The notes under the pieces are model-generated. The model had not been told where the DNA came from, ran no database searches, and was given only the letters and a program-made list of their open reading frames with translations. Positions 9,984 through 25,182 of a stretch of DNA of 64,000 nt are shown one piece after another; the first letter of the stretch is position 1; every line of letters begins with the position of its first letter. A program made the translations under genes and the position numbers. This stretch comes from an uncultured Oleiharenicola sp. (lineage in GTDB: Bacteria > Verrucomicrobiota > Verrucomicrobiia > Opitutales > Opitutaceae). The stretch is taken from positions 188,619-252,618 of the forward strand of contig CAYRDN010000001.1 in assembly GCA_964423065.1 (NCBI GenBank). Direction: 5' to 3'.

Positions 9984-10445
9984 ATGAAGAAGCTGCTTAC
10001 CCCCCTGTTCCTGCTGGCCGGTCTCGCCCTGTTCCCCGGCGGCTGCGCCAGCGTCGGCGACATCGTCACCACCGGGCTCCGGGTCGAGCTCACCGGGCTG
10101 GTCCGGGCGGCCGACGGCGGCGTGTCGGCCACCTGGCGGGTGGTGAACCCCAATGTCACCGCATACCTCCTGGCCAAGATCAGCAACAAGATCTACCTGA
10201 ACGGGACGCTGGTGGGCACCGCCGCCAGCCATGATCCGCTGGGGCTCCCGCCCCATGGTGAAGCCATGCAAACGGGCCGGCTGACCCTGGCGGGCGCGGG
10301 CGCGGAAAAAATCCTCGGCGAGGCCGCCGGCCACGGGCCGGTCGGCTACAAGGTTGAATCGCTGCTGGTCGTCCAGATCTACGGCGAGGAAACGGAGACG
10401 GGCACGGTGACCCACACGGGCACGGTGGCGGTCAGCACCAAATAA
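9984..10445 (+). CDS. Lipoprotein, LEA_2/WHy-like domain
   Basis: Signal with lipobox-like 'PGGC'; 'RVVNPN' motif; 'IYLNG'. Confidence 0.7.
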   Translation: MKKLLTPLFLLAGLALFPGGCASVGDIVTTGLRVELTGLVRAADGGVSATWRVVNPNVTAYLLAKISNKIYLNGTLVGTAASHDPLGLPPHGEAMQTGRLTLAGAGAEKILGEAAGHGPVGYKVESLLVVQIYGEETETGTVTHTGTVAVSTK

Positions 10446-10528
10446 TCATCCCCGGCGCGGGCTCCGGGGATGGGAGGCAAAAACGGCGGCCCGGTGTCGG
10501 CTGCCAACGGGTGGATCAGGGCCGCGCC

Positions 10529-10771
10529 TCAGGCCGCCCGCCGGTCCGCCGGCGCCACGGGAACGTGGCCCCGCAGGAGGCGCGGAAAGCGGATGGGCCG
10601 GGCCACGTGCAGGACGCGCGGGGCGCGGCTGTACTGCTCGATGGTCCAGGCGACAAGGCCGGTGGCGAAGAGGATGGCGGTGAAGTCGGCGGCGTCGAAG
10701 GGACGGCCGCTGGCGAGCGAGGCGAAGCCGAGGAGGGTGGCGGTGAGAACGGAGACCAGCGTGGTTTTCAT
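10529..10771 (-). CDS. Small hypothetical membrane protein
   Basis: MKTTLVSVLTATLLGFASLASG... with two hydrophobic segments, 80 aa. Confidence 0.55.
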   Translation of the reverse strand: MKTTLVSVLTATLLGFASLASGRPFDAADFTAILFATGLVAWTIEQYSRAPRVLHVARPIRFPRLLRGHVPVAPADRRAA

Positions 10772-10857
10772 GGCAGGATTGGGTTGTTGCCAGAAGAACA
10801 CCGCCCCGCGCGGAAAGTTGCAGAATCGCACAAGCCGCCCGGGCCAGGCCTCCCCGG

Positions 10858-10884
10858 GCGGCGGGACGACCGGTCCCGCCTCCA
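10858..10884. repeat. Single copy of the REP-like palindrome family seen at 6422-6497
   Basis: GGCGGCGGGACGACCGGTCCCGC matches the arm consensus GGCGGCGGGRCSACCGGYCCCGC; lies just after the sdhB stop. Confidence 0.7.
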
Positions 10885-10904
10885 CCCGGGCGAAAACGGA
10901 TGGC

Positions 10905-11717
<813 letters not shown>

Positions 11718-11734
11718 GATGGATTCCTCGGGGC

Positions 11735-13657
<1,923 letters not shown>

Positions 13658-13666
13658 GGCGGGAAA

Positions 13667-14365
13667 TCAGGCGTGGGCTTGGACGAGGCCGCCGAGGATG
13701 GCGAGCGGGATGGCGGCGTTGAGCAGGAAATACAGCCAGCAGTAGGCGGCGGCGAAGCGCTCGAGGTTGCGCGACCATTTCTCGTTCCTGAGGCCGAGGG
13801 TCTGCACCATGCTCCCGATCCCGTGCGACAGGTGGTAGCTCAGCAGGCCGACGGCGAGGATGTAGAAACCGGACACGAGGGGGCGGCTGAAGCCCTGGAC
13901 CACCATGGTATGGACGTCGCGGACCATGATGCCGTTGGCGAGGGCGAAGGTGTGCCGCCCCCACTCCGGGTGCTGCACGCGCAGCGTGAAATCGAGGAGA
14001 TGGTAGATGAGGAAGGCCAGCACGACCACCCCGGAGCGGGCCATGACGCGCGAGGCGAGCGTGGCGCGGTTGATGTGGTCGACCGCGTAGCCCGCCGGCC
14101 GGGCCGCCCGGTTTTCCAGGGTGAGGTCGATCGCGACCCAGACATGCACGACCACGCAGACCAGCAGGAAGGCGCGGACGACCCAGAGGACCTCCCCGAG
14201 CGATTCCAGCAGGTGCCCGTAGGCGTTGATCTTTTCCGGCGCCAGGAAGATCTGCAGGTTGCCCAGCAGATGGCCGGTCACGAAGCCGAACATGACGAGC
14301 CCGGTGAAGGCCATCAGGAATTTCTTGCCGATGGATGACGAGAAGATCGAACCGAAGAGATTCAT
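13667..14365 (-). CDS. sdhC: Succinate dehydrogenase cytochrome b558 subunit (three-subunit type)
   Basis: [14 protein letters not shown]...HLLGNL, HLSHG heme His; 5 TM; position upstream of sdhAB. Confidence 0.92.
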   Translation of the reverse strand: MNLFGSIFSSSIGKKFLMAFTGLVMFGFVTGHLLGNLQIFLAPEKINAYGHLLESLGEVLWVVRAFLLVCVVVHVWVAIDLTLENRAARPAGYAVDHINRATLASRVMARSGVVVLAFLIYHLLDFTLRVQHPEWGRHTFALANGIMVRDVHTMVVQGFSRPLVSGFYILAVGLLSYHLSHGIGSMVQTLGLRNEKWSRNLERFAAAYCWLYFLLNAAIPLAILGGLVQAHA

Positions 14366-14530
14366 CGCGCGGATCCTTGGGAGGGGGGACGGTCAGACGG
14401 GGAAGGCATCGGGAGGCGGAAATAAACCAACGCCGGCAATCAATGTAAAGGATGCGCCCGGGCCCGCGACAGAATAATTAGCGGGTCTAAATCAACCGAG
14501 AAGCCGCGCCCACCGCCGGGCGGAACGGGT

Positions 14531-15802
14531 TCAGCGCGCCAGCGGCTTGAGCAGGGAAAATTTCCCGCTCGCGGCCGGCTGGATGAATTTCCGGCGGAAG
14601 AGGTTCACCCGCGTGCCCTCGCCCAAAGCCGCCGCGATTGCGAGTTCCATGCCCCGGGGCGCGATCCCGTCCGCCACGTACTGGAAGTCCCAGCGGTTCT
14701 CCGAGCCCTGCACCAGGCTCCAGTGCCAGCAGGCGAAATCCGCCGGCAGCGCCGCATCGATCTCGAAGGCCGAGACGACGCGGCCGTCCGCGGTGAAAAA
14801 CAGGTCGCGCTCGCGCCCGAGGATCCGGTAGCCCGCGGGCGTGCGGCGCACGATGTCGCCGGTGAAATAGCGCAGCAGCGGCATCGCCTCGCGGTCGCGC
14901 GTGGTCACGTTGATCTGGAAGACGTCCGGCAGCCCGGCGCGCCACGGCACCAGCTCGACGAAGGCGTTGCCGTCGATGGCGCGCAGGTTGTCCTGGAAGG
15001 CGTCGCCGACAAAGAGGTAGCCGGCCTCGGTCGAGCCGTACAGGTCCAGCTGCGCCGCGCCGGGAAAAACCTCCGCGAGGCGCCGGCTGTGCTGCCGGCT
15101 GGCCTTGCCGTAGGTGAGGATGATGGTGCGGACGCTCGGCACGCTCACCCGGCGCTTCGCCACCGCCCGGGCCAGCAGCGAGAGGTAGACCGGCTCGCCC
15201 TCGATCACCTCGGGCTTGAGCGCCTGCAGCTCAAGCACGATCCGGTCCCATTCGGCCTCGGCGAAGACGAACGGGTCGCTCGACAGGTTCAGGTAGACGG
15301 TGCCGTCGAAATAGCGGTGCGGGAACGGATGGTCCTCGTAGGGGCAGAGGTTGCTCGAGCAGCCGATGGGCGCGAGCACCGCCTTGCGGTAGGGCCGGTC
15401 CGCATAGGGGGCGAGCAGCGGATGCGCGAGGTAGGCGCGGCGCAGCTGGGCGTTCCACCAGCCGTCCTCCATCACCACCGTCATCGGCCGCGCGGTGGAG
15501 CCGGAGGTGTGCTCGTACTCGTATTTCTTCTCCTGCAGGCCGCGCTCGATCTCCGTGTAGTCGGCGAAGAAAGCGGTGTGCCCCCGGTCCAGGATCTCCT
15601 GCTTCGTCAGCACCGGGATGTCGCGGTAGCACGACCATTGCAGCGGCTCGGGGTGCAGCGGAAAGCGCCGGCCGTAGAGCGGGCTGCGCCGGTAGATGGC
15701 GCGGATCTCCTGTTCCAGCGGGGCCGGGAGGCCGGCCCGGCCGGGTTCGCCCAGGGCCGCGGGGGCATTGGCGAATTCGGAGGCGGTGAGGGCGGGTTCC
15801 AT
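14531..15802 (-). CDS. Adenylate-forming enzyme, PaaK/coenzyme F390 synthetase-like
   Basis: HTSGSTA P-loop, YGSTEAG, 'MPLLRYFTGD', GR, SGK motifs. Confidence 0.8.
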   Translation of the reverse strand: MEPALTASEFANAPAALGEPGRAGLPAPLEQEIRAIYRRSPLYGRRFPLHPEPLQWSCYRDIPVLTKQEILDRGHTAFFADYTEIERGLQEKKYEYEHTSGSTARPMTVVMEDGWWNAQLRRAYLAHPLLAPYADRPYRKAVLAPIGCSSNLCPYEDHPFPHRYFDGTVYLNLSSDPFVFAEAEWDRIVLELQALKPEVIEGEPVYLSLLARAVAKRRVSVPSVRTIILTYGKASRQHSRRLAEVFPGAAQLDLYGSTEAGYLFVGDAFQDNLRAIDGNAFVELVPWRAGLPDVFQINVTTRDREAMPLLRYFTGDIVRRTPAGYRILGRERDLFFTADGRVVSAFEIDAALPADFACWHWSLVQGSENRWDFQYVADGIAPRGMELAIAAALGEGTRVNLFRRKFIQPAASGKFSLLKPLAR

Positions 15803-15837
15803 CGGGTCCGGGGAGTAAATTCCGGGGCGGGCCAAAG

Positions 15838-16416
15838 TCAAACGGCGGGGCGGCGCAGCTCCGCCCATACCGGCGCGAAGAGCAGCAGCGCGTCGAGCAC
15901 CATCGCGTGGGTGATGCCACCGCGGCAGGCCAGCGCGTAGACCTCGTCCACCGGCCGGGTCATGATCTCGAACTCCTCGTCCGGATCCCAGTCGAGATTC
16001 GCCACCGGCCGCGCGTCCGTGACCAGCACGAGGTGGCAGCGGTTGCTCTGCATCGCCGGGTTGGGGTGCACGCTGCCGAGCAGCCGGGCGCCGGTGCCGA
16101 CGTAGCCCGATTCCTCGCGCAGCTCGCGCTGCCCGGCCGTGACCGGGTCCTCGCCCGCTTCCATCACGCCGCCGGGGATCTCCAGGGAAAAATCATTGAT
16201 GCCGAAGCGGAACTGCCGCACGAGCACGAGATGCCCCGCGGGAGTCAGGGCGAGCACGTTGACCCAGTCGGGCGCGTTGATGACGAAGAAATCCTGCTCC
16301 CGGCTCCGGCCGGGATGGCGGTAGATGGCGCGGACCACATCGAAGATGCGGGTCGTGGCGCACGGCTCGGTGCGGAGGCGCTGCCAGCGCTGCGGCGGGG
16401 GCGGTTGCTCGGGCAT
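15838..16416 (-). CDS. NUDIX hydrolase (ADP-ribose pyrophosphatase-like)
   Basis: Nudix box GGVMEAGEDPVTAGQRELREESG. Confidence 0.9.
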   Translation of the reverse strand: MPEQPPPPQRWQRLRTEPCATTRIFDVVRAIYRHPGRSREQDFFVINAPDWVNVLALTPAGHLVLVRQFRFGINDFSLEIPGGVMEAGEDPVTAGQRELREESGYVGTGARLLGSVHPNPAMQSNRCHLVLVTDARPVANLDWDPDEEFEIMTRPVDEVYALACRGGITHAMVLDALLLFAPVWAELRRPAV

Positions 16417-16419
16417 GGG

Positions 16420-16459
16420 AAAATAAAAATGCCTCCGCGACGCGAGGTCTGGGAGGCAT
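16420..16459 (-). terminator. Intrinsic terminator after the LysM gene
   Basis: ATGCCTCC...GGAGGCAT stem followed by a T-rich tract on the minus strand. Confidence 0.65.
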
Positions 16460-16479
16460 GGGATGAATCTCGGGGGAGA

Positions 16480-17010
16480 TTATTTCTTCGGGATCTTGAT
16501 CTTCTGGCCGACCTTCAGCTTGGTCGGGTCGAGGCCGGGATTCTCCGCCTCCAGGCTGTCGATGCGCGTCGCGAACTTGCGGGCGATCTTGGCGAGGGTG
16601 TCGCCGGGGGCGACGGAGTAGTTGCCGTCGGCGTCGACCGTGCCGGTCACAACGCCCTTGCCGCCCTTGCCGCCGGCGGCGGGGGCGGGCTTCTTCATCG
16701 CCTCCTCGATCTTGGTGAGCTGGGCGTTGATCGTGCCGATCGAGCCGCCGATCTGGTCGAGGGCGCCCTGGATGCCGGTGCGCAGATTCTTGATGTCGGT
16801 CTCGGTCTTGGCCGCCGTGGCGCTGATCGAGGCCTCAAGGGCCGGGAGCTTGCTGTTGATCGCCTCGTCATGGGCGCTCACGGTCTTTTGGAGCGTGGAA
16901 AGTTTAAAGAGGGCCGTGGCCGAGAGAACCAAGGCGAGGGCGCCAGCGATTACGCCTACGAGAGGCAAGATGCTGCCGGAGCTATTACTGTCGCGGGAAA
17001 GAGTGTCCAT
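16480..17010 (-). CDS. Membrane-anchored LysM peptidoglycan-binding protein
   Basis: N-terminal TM, coiled-coil-like middle, C-terminal 'YSVAPGDTLAKIARKF...ENPGLDPTKLKVGQKIKIP'. Confidence 0.88.
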   Translation of the reverse strand: MDTLSRDSNSSGSILPLVGVIAGALALVLSATALFKLSTLQKTVSAHDEAINSKLPALEASISATAAKTETDIKNLRTGIQGALDQIGGSIGTINAQLTKIEEAMKKPAPAAGGKGGKGVVTGTVDADGNYSVAPGDTLAKIARKFATRIDSLEAENPGLDPTKLKVGQKIKIPKK

Positions 17011-17033
17011 TTGTTTAAGAGATTGAGGGGGAG

Positions 17034-17063
17034 TATATATGGGAGCGCATGCCAGTGACGCAA
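17034..17063 (-). promoter_or_regulatory. Putative sigma70 promoter of the LysM gene
   Basis: TTGCGT-N18-TATATA in an AT-rich patch. Confidence 0.5.
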
Positions 17064-17124
17064 GAAGCATTTACTAACAGTTTTTGCGCCACTCTGGCCC
17101 GCGCCGGGGGATGGAGTCGGAAAT

Positions 17125-17201
17125 TGGTCGGGGCGACAGGATTCGAACCTGCGACCTCCTGGTCCCAAACCAGGCGCTCTACCAGGCTAAGCTACACCCC
17201 G
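17125..17201 (-). tRNA. tRNA-Pro (anticodon TGG)
   Basis: CGGGGTGTAGCTTAGCCTGGTAGAGCGCCTGGTTTGGGACCAGGAGGTCGCAGGTTCGAATCCTGTCGCCCCGACCA; cloverleaf, encoded CCA; TTGACA upstream. Confidence 0.97.
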
Positions 17202-17275
17202 TGACGGGGGGGATGGGAGGGGGCCGGGCCGCTCCTGTCAATGTTCTCGTGGGCCGGGTCCGGGCCGGCCGCGGC

Positions 17276-17986
17276 TCACTTGCCGGGCTTGAACATGACG
17301 CCGGCCGCGGGCTTGCCGTCGGCCGGCAGGGCGGTGAGCAGCACGGTGGCGCGCTGCGACCACGGGCTTGCGGCGTCGATGCGGCTGACCTGGTCCACGA
17401 GTTGCCGGACCTCGTCCGCGTTGCCCGCCTCGGCGGCGAGCACGGCCTGGTCGTAGGTGGCCTCGGCGCGGACGCCCTTCAACACGGTGGCATCGGCCCC
17501 GAGGGCCTTGAGGGCGGCGAGGCTGCCCGCCCGGTCGCCGTTGTTGAGCTGGCTGACCGCCGCGCCGAGCCGGGCGCGACCGAGCAGCGCCTCGTTCTTC
17601 AGGCTGCCCGCCGCCTTCTGGTAATTGGCCGCGGCCGCCGCGTAGTCCCCCGCGGTATATTTGTCGTCGGCCAGCCGCAGCCAGGCGATGCCCGCGAGGG
17701 CGTGGCCGGCGTGGTCCTCGGCAAACGCCCCGAGCTTCGCAGGCTGGTCGGAAATCCGGGCGTAGTCGGCCTGCACCCCCAGCTCGCGCTGCTCGGCGAA
17801 ATACTCCATGCCCTTCCAGCCAATGATGCCCACCAGGATGACGGCGCAGGCCAACAGGACCAGGTTTTGGTTTTTTTGCCAGTAGGCGTGCAGGGCGACT
17901 TCAAAGCCGGGCTCGATGACGGGGGCGGCCGGGTCGGCCGGGGTGGCACTGCGAGAGGGGTGGTCTGCGGGCGTGAGTTGACTCAT
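17276..17986 (-). CDS. Membrane-anchored TPR protein (YfgM-like)
   Basis: 'YWQKNQN' followed by TM, then Ala-rich TPR-like helices. Confidence 0.7.
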   Translation of the reverse strand: MSQLTPADHPSRSATPADPAAPVIEPGFEVALHAYWQKNQNLVLLACAVILVGIIGWKGMEYFAEQRELGVQADYARISDQPAKLGAFAEDHAGHALAGIAWLRLADDKYTAGDYAAAAANYQKAAGSLKNEALLGRARLGAAVSQLNNGDRAGSLAALKALGADATVLKGVRAEATYDQAVLAAEAGNADEVRQLVDQVSRIDAASPWSQRATVLLTALPADGKPAAGVMFKPGK

Positions 17987-18071
17987 GGAACCGCGCAGAT
18001 TGAGCGGCGTCCCGGGCCGCCTCAAGGCAAAACCGGGCGGAACAACGGCAATTTGGCGCCCGGTTTGAAAT

Positions 18072-18139
18072 GGTGGGCGCAGCCTCTCGACCCGCTCGAG
18101 GCCCGGAGCTGGTCGAACGGGCCAGCCTGCGCCCCCACC
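18072..18139. repeat. Nested REP-like palindromic element
   Basis: Outer GGTGGGCGCAG...CTGCGCCCCCACC enclosing inner TCGACCCGCTC-GAGGCCCG-GAGCTGGTCGA. Confidence 0.55.
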
Positions 18140-18154
18140 CTCCCGGCGGCCGGG

Positions 18155-19009
18155 TCAGTCAAAAACCACGGTCTTGTTGCCGTAGACGAGGATGCGGTTC
18201 TCCAGGTGCCACCGCACCGCCTGGGCGAGCACCGATTTTTCCAGGTCGCGTCCCTTGCGGACGAGGTCGTCGACGCTGTGCCGGTGCGTCACCCGCGCCA
18301 CGTCCTGCTGGATGATGGGGCCGTCGTCGAGCACCGCGGTCGCGTAATGCGCGGTGGCGCCGATGAGCTTCACCCCGCGCGCATGCGCCTGGTGGTAGGG
18401 CCGCCCGCCGGCGAAGGCCGGCAGGAAGGAATGGTGGATGTTGATCACCGGACGGCCGAAGGCCCGCAGGAATTCCGGCGACAGCACCTGCATGTAGCGC
18501 GCGAGCACGGCGAATTCCACGCCGGCGGACCGCAGCAGATCGAGCTGCCGGGCCTCGGCGGCGGCCTTGTCCCCCGCGCCGACCGGCACGTGGTGGAAGG
18601 CCAGCCCGTAGTGCCGGGCCGCGCCGGCGAGGTCGGTGTGGTTGGAGATCACGCAGGTGAAATCGCCGGCGAACTCGCCGGCCTGGCCGCGCAGCAGCAG
18701 GTCGTGCAGGCAGTGGTCGGCGTGGGAGACAAAGAGCGCGCCCTTCGGCCGGTGGGTCGAGCGCGCCACGCGCGCCGTCATGCCGAGCGACGCGGCGAAG
18801 GCGTGGAATTCCTCCGTTTCCGCGACGGCATCGGTGCCGGCCGGGACCCATTCGATGCGCTGAAAAAATTCCCCCGCCTCCATGTCGCGGTGCTGGTCGG
18901 CGTGGAGGATGTTGCCCTGCCGGGCGTAGATCCAGCCGGCCGTCTTCGCCACGATGCCGGGCTGGTCGGGGCCGTGCAGCAGGGCGACGAGGGTGGCGGG
19001 CGGCTTCAT
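18155..19009 (-). CDS. purU: Formyltetrahydrofolate deformylase
   Basis: ACT 'GPDQPGIVA', LARYMQVL, INIHHSFLPAF, GVKLIGATAH, LDDGPII. Confidence 0.96.
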   Translation of the reverse strand: MKPPATLVALLHGPDQPGIVAKTAGWIYARQGNILHADQHRDMEAGEFFQRIEWVPAGTDAVAETEEFHAFAASLGMTARVARSTHRPKGALFVSHADHCLHDLLLRGQAGEFAGDFTCVISNHTDLAGAARHYGLAFHHVPVGAGDKAAAEARQLDLLRSAGVEFAVLARYMQVLSPEFLRAFGRPVINIHHSFLPAFAGGRPYHQAHARGVKLIGATAHYATAVLDDGPIIQQDVARVTHRHSVDDLVRKGRDLEKSVLAQAVRWHLENRILVYGNKTVVFD

Positions 19010-19013
19010 CGGA

Positions 19014-22253
<3,240 letters not shown>

Positions 22254-22351
22254 GGGCGTGAAGACCCGGGAGGTTTGCGTCGCCCCCCAGGCGGCGCAAG
22301 CGGGAATTGGGGAAAATCCGGGGCGGCGGCGGCCGCGCGGCGGGCGCCGGC

Positions 22352-23608
22352 TCAGCCGAGGCGGCTGACGTCGATGCCGAGGGTCTTGGCGGCGCGCGCC
22401 TTGTCGCCCTGGCAGGCGTGGAGCACACGGGCGGTGTACTGCTTTTCCTGGCCGGCGAGGTAGTCGGAAAGCGGGGGCCAGTCCTTCAGCTCATGGATGC
22501 GCAGGGGCAGCTGGGCGGAGGTGATGACGCGGGTCTCCGTGGTCGTGATGACCTGGGAGACGACCTGCCGGAACTCGGCCAGGTTGCCCGGCCAGCGGTA
22601 GGCGCGGAGCGTGCCGATGGCGTCCTCGGTGAACTCGACCTGCTTGGCGTCGAACTGCGGGTTCGAGGTCTTGGCCGCGATGTCCTTGAGCAGAAGCGGA
22701 ATGTCCTCGAGGCGTTCGCGCAGCGGCGGCAGCTGGATCGGCAGGGCCGCGACGCGGTAGAAAAGCTCCTCGTTGAAGACGCCCTCCTCGGAAAGTTTCT
22801 CGAGGTCCTCCTCGGTGGCGCAGACGAGGCGGAAGTTGTGGGCGTTGTTGCGGAGCACGGACACCAGCTCGGACTGCGCCTCCTTCTGCAGGCACTGGAG
22901 GTGGAGCAGGAAGAGCGTGCCGCCCTTCGCTTCCTGCACCCAGGTGCCGCCAGAGCCGTTCTGGCCGAGCAGGCCGGAGCGGAGGCTCTCCATGGAGCTC
23001 AGGCGGCAGTCGATGCGCACCAGCGGGCTGTCGGGCGGCGTGCCCGCGGCGTGGAGCAGCTCGGCCGCGATCTCGTGGCCGCTGCCGAGTTCGCCGGAGA
23101 TCAGGATGGGGGTGTGGGCGGCGGCGAGCTTCTTGAGCTGGGAGATGAGCCGCTTGGTCTTCGGGCTTTCGCCGACGAGCCGGGCCTCGAAATCGCCGGC
23201 CTTGGCCGCGGGGGACGCGCCGCTGGCCTCGCGTTCGGCGACCGTGCGCTTGAAATCCATGCCGCGCTTCAGCGCCTGCATGAGCTCGTCCACCTTGAAG
23301 GGTTTCTGCAGGTAGTCGAAGGCCCCGAATTTCAGCGCCTGGATGGCGCTCTCGGTGCTGGCGTAGGCCGTCATGATGATGATGACGGCGCCGGGGTCGT
23401 AGAGCTTGAGCTGCTTGAGGAGGGTGATGCCGTCCATCGGCTTCATGTCGATGTCGGCCAGCACGAGGTCGAACTTCTCGGCCTTGTACTGGATGAGGCC
23501 TTTCTCGCCGTCGGTGGCAAACGCAGTCTTGTAGCCGGTCGGCTGGATCACGGCCTCCAGCATCTCGTGGATGGAGATGAGGTCGTCGACGATGAGGATG
23601 GAAGGCAT
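22352..23608 (-). CDS. NtrC/PilR-like response regulator with degenerate AAA+ domain
   Basis: REC (IVDD, ADIDM, KPF), LFYR, PPLRER, WPGN, Fis-type HTH; Walker A GSGHE, no GAFTGA, Walker B FLLHL. Confidence 0.85.
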   Translation of the reverse strand: MPSILIVDDLISIHEMLEAVIQPTGYKTAFATDGEKGLIQYKAEKFDLVLADIDMKPMDGITLLKQLKLYDPGAVIIIMTAYASTESAIQALKFGAFDYLQKPFKVDELMQALKRGMDFKRTVAEREASGASPAAKAGDFEARLVGESPKTKRLISQLKKLAAAHTPILISGELGSGHEIAAELLHAAGTPPDSPLVRIDCRLSSMESLRSGLLGQNGSGGTWVQEAKGGTLFLLHLQCLQKEAQSELVSVLRNNAHNFRLVCATEEDLEKLSEEGVFNEELFYRVAALPIQLPPLRERLEDIPLLLKDIAAKTSNPQFDAKQVEFTEDAIGTLRAYRWPGNLAEFRQVVSQVITTTETRVITSAQLPLRIHELKDWPPLSDYLAGQEKQYTARVLHACQGDKARAAKTLGIDVSRLG

Positions 23609-23678
23609 GGAGGGAAGTCAGCCAACTTGCAGGCCCGGGGGCGGGCACGCAAGTGACTTTGCGGCAACCGGGGCGGAA

Positions 23679-24818
23679 CTACTGCAGGCCGCCGGCGACC
23701 GCACCGAGCTGGAAGATCGGCAGGAACATGGCCATGACGATGCCGCCGACCACCACGCCGAGGAACACGATGAGCAGCGGCTCGATGAGCGAGGTGAGCG
23801 CACCGACGGTGGCGTCGCACTCCGTGTCATAGAAATCGGCGATCTTGTTCATCATGCCGTCGACGTTGCCGGTGGTCTCGCCCGCCTTGACCATGTGCTT
23901 CATCATGGGGGGGAAGAAGGGATTGACCGCCATGATGTCGGACACCTGTCCGCCCTGGCTGACATGTTTGGCGATCTCGGCGCAGGCGTCCTCGACCTGG
24001 ACCTTGCCGCTGGCCGAGGCCACGATTTCCAGCGTGCGCAGGATGGGGACGCCGGAACGCATGAGGGTCGCATAGGTGCGGCAGAAGCGGGACAGCGCGA
24101 TCTTGTGGACGAGGTTGCCGAAGATCGGGGCGCTGATCAGGAACCGGTCCTTCTGGCGCCGGCCGTTGGGGGTCGCGATGTACTTGCTGGTCAGAAAATA
24201 GATGCCGTAGGCGCCGCCGCCGATCGCCCACCACCATTTCTTCATGAAATTGCTGAGGTTGATGAGCATCTGCGTCGGGGCGGGCAGCTTGGCGCCGAAG
24301 TCCGCGAACATCGCGGCGAACACCGGGATGACGAAGATCAGCAGGACGTTGACGAGGGCGATGGCCAGGCCGATGACCGCGATCGGGTAGGTCATGGCGG
24401 ACTTGACCTTCTTGGTCAGCTTGACGGTGGACTCGAAGTAGCCGGCCACCTTGCCGAGGATTTCCGCCAGGCCGCCCGAGGCCTCGCCGGCCTCGACCAT
24501 CGAGATGAAAAGATTCGGGAAGGCACGGGGGAATTTCCTGACCGCCGCCGAGAACGAGGTGCCGGTCGAGATGTCGTTGCGCACGTCGCGGATCACGATG
24601 CGAAAGACCTGGTCCTCGGTCTGGTCCTGCAGGGCCTCGAGACAGGACACCAGGGGCAGGCCGGCTTGCAGCAGCGAGGCCAGCTGGCTGGTGAAGATCG
24701 ACAGCTCCCCGAGGTCGAGTTTGTAGTTCTTGGCCTTTTTCTCGAGGGCCTTCTGTTTGGCCATCGCCTGGGCCGCCTTCACACTGGACTGAGGTTTGGA
24801 TGCCGCTGGAGTCGCCAT
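23679..24818 (-). CDS. pilC: Type IV pilus/T2SS inner-membrane platform protein (PilC/GspF)
   Basis: FTSQLASLLQAGLPL, AGEASG, SAMTYP, GETTG, LIEP, AMFLPIF. Confidence 0.92.
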   Translation of the reverse strand: MATPAASKPQSSVKAAQAMAKQKALEKKAKNYKLDLGELSIFTSQLASLLQAGLPLVSCLEALQDQTEDQVFRIVIRDVRNDISTGTSFSAAVRKFPRAFPNLFISMVEAGEASGGLAEILGKVAGYFESTVKLTKKVKSAMTYPIAVIGLAIALVNVLLIFVIPVFAAMFADFGAKLPAPTQMLINLSNFMKKWWWAIGGGAYGIYFLTSKYIATPNGRRQKDRFLISAPIFGNLVHKIALSRFCRTYATLMRSGVPILRTLEIVASASGKVQVEDACAEIAKHVSQGGQVSDIMAVNPFFPPMMKHMVKAGETTGNVDGMMNKIADFYDTECDATVGALTSLIEPLLIVFLGVVVGGIVMAMFLPIFQLGAVAGGLQ

Positions 24819-24945
24819 ATGGATGCGAAATATGTGCATTCGCCCGACGTCGGCAATCCCTTTTAGCGGCCACTTTCCGGGGACCCTGGCGGGAGAACAA
24901 AAGCTTGAACGGCCGCGGCCCGGAGCCACTCTGCCGACGAAGAAC

Positions 24946-25019
<74 letters not shown>

Positions 25020-25182
25020 GCCTTCGCCCGGCGCAGCGAGGACAAAGGAGCCCATTTTACTGGCGATGCGGCTCGAGTGGCTACGGCTGGCAGGCCAGCC
25101 GGGATTGACCTCAATGAGCCATGGCCATGGCGAAAATGGCTTTCCTTCACCGGACCCACCCCGGATTTTTCAGCTTACCACC

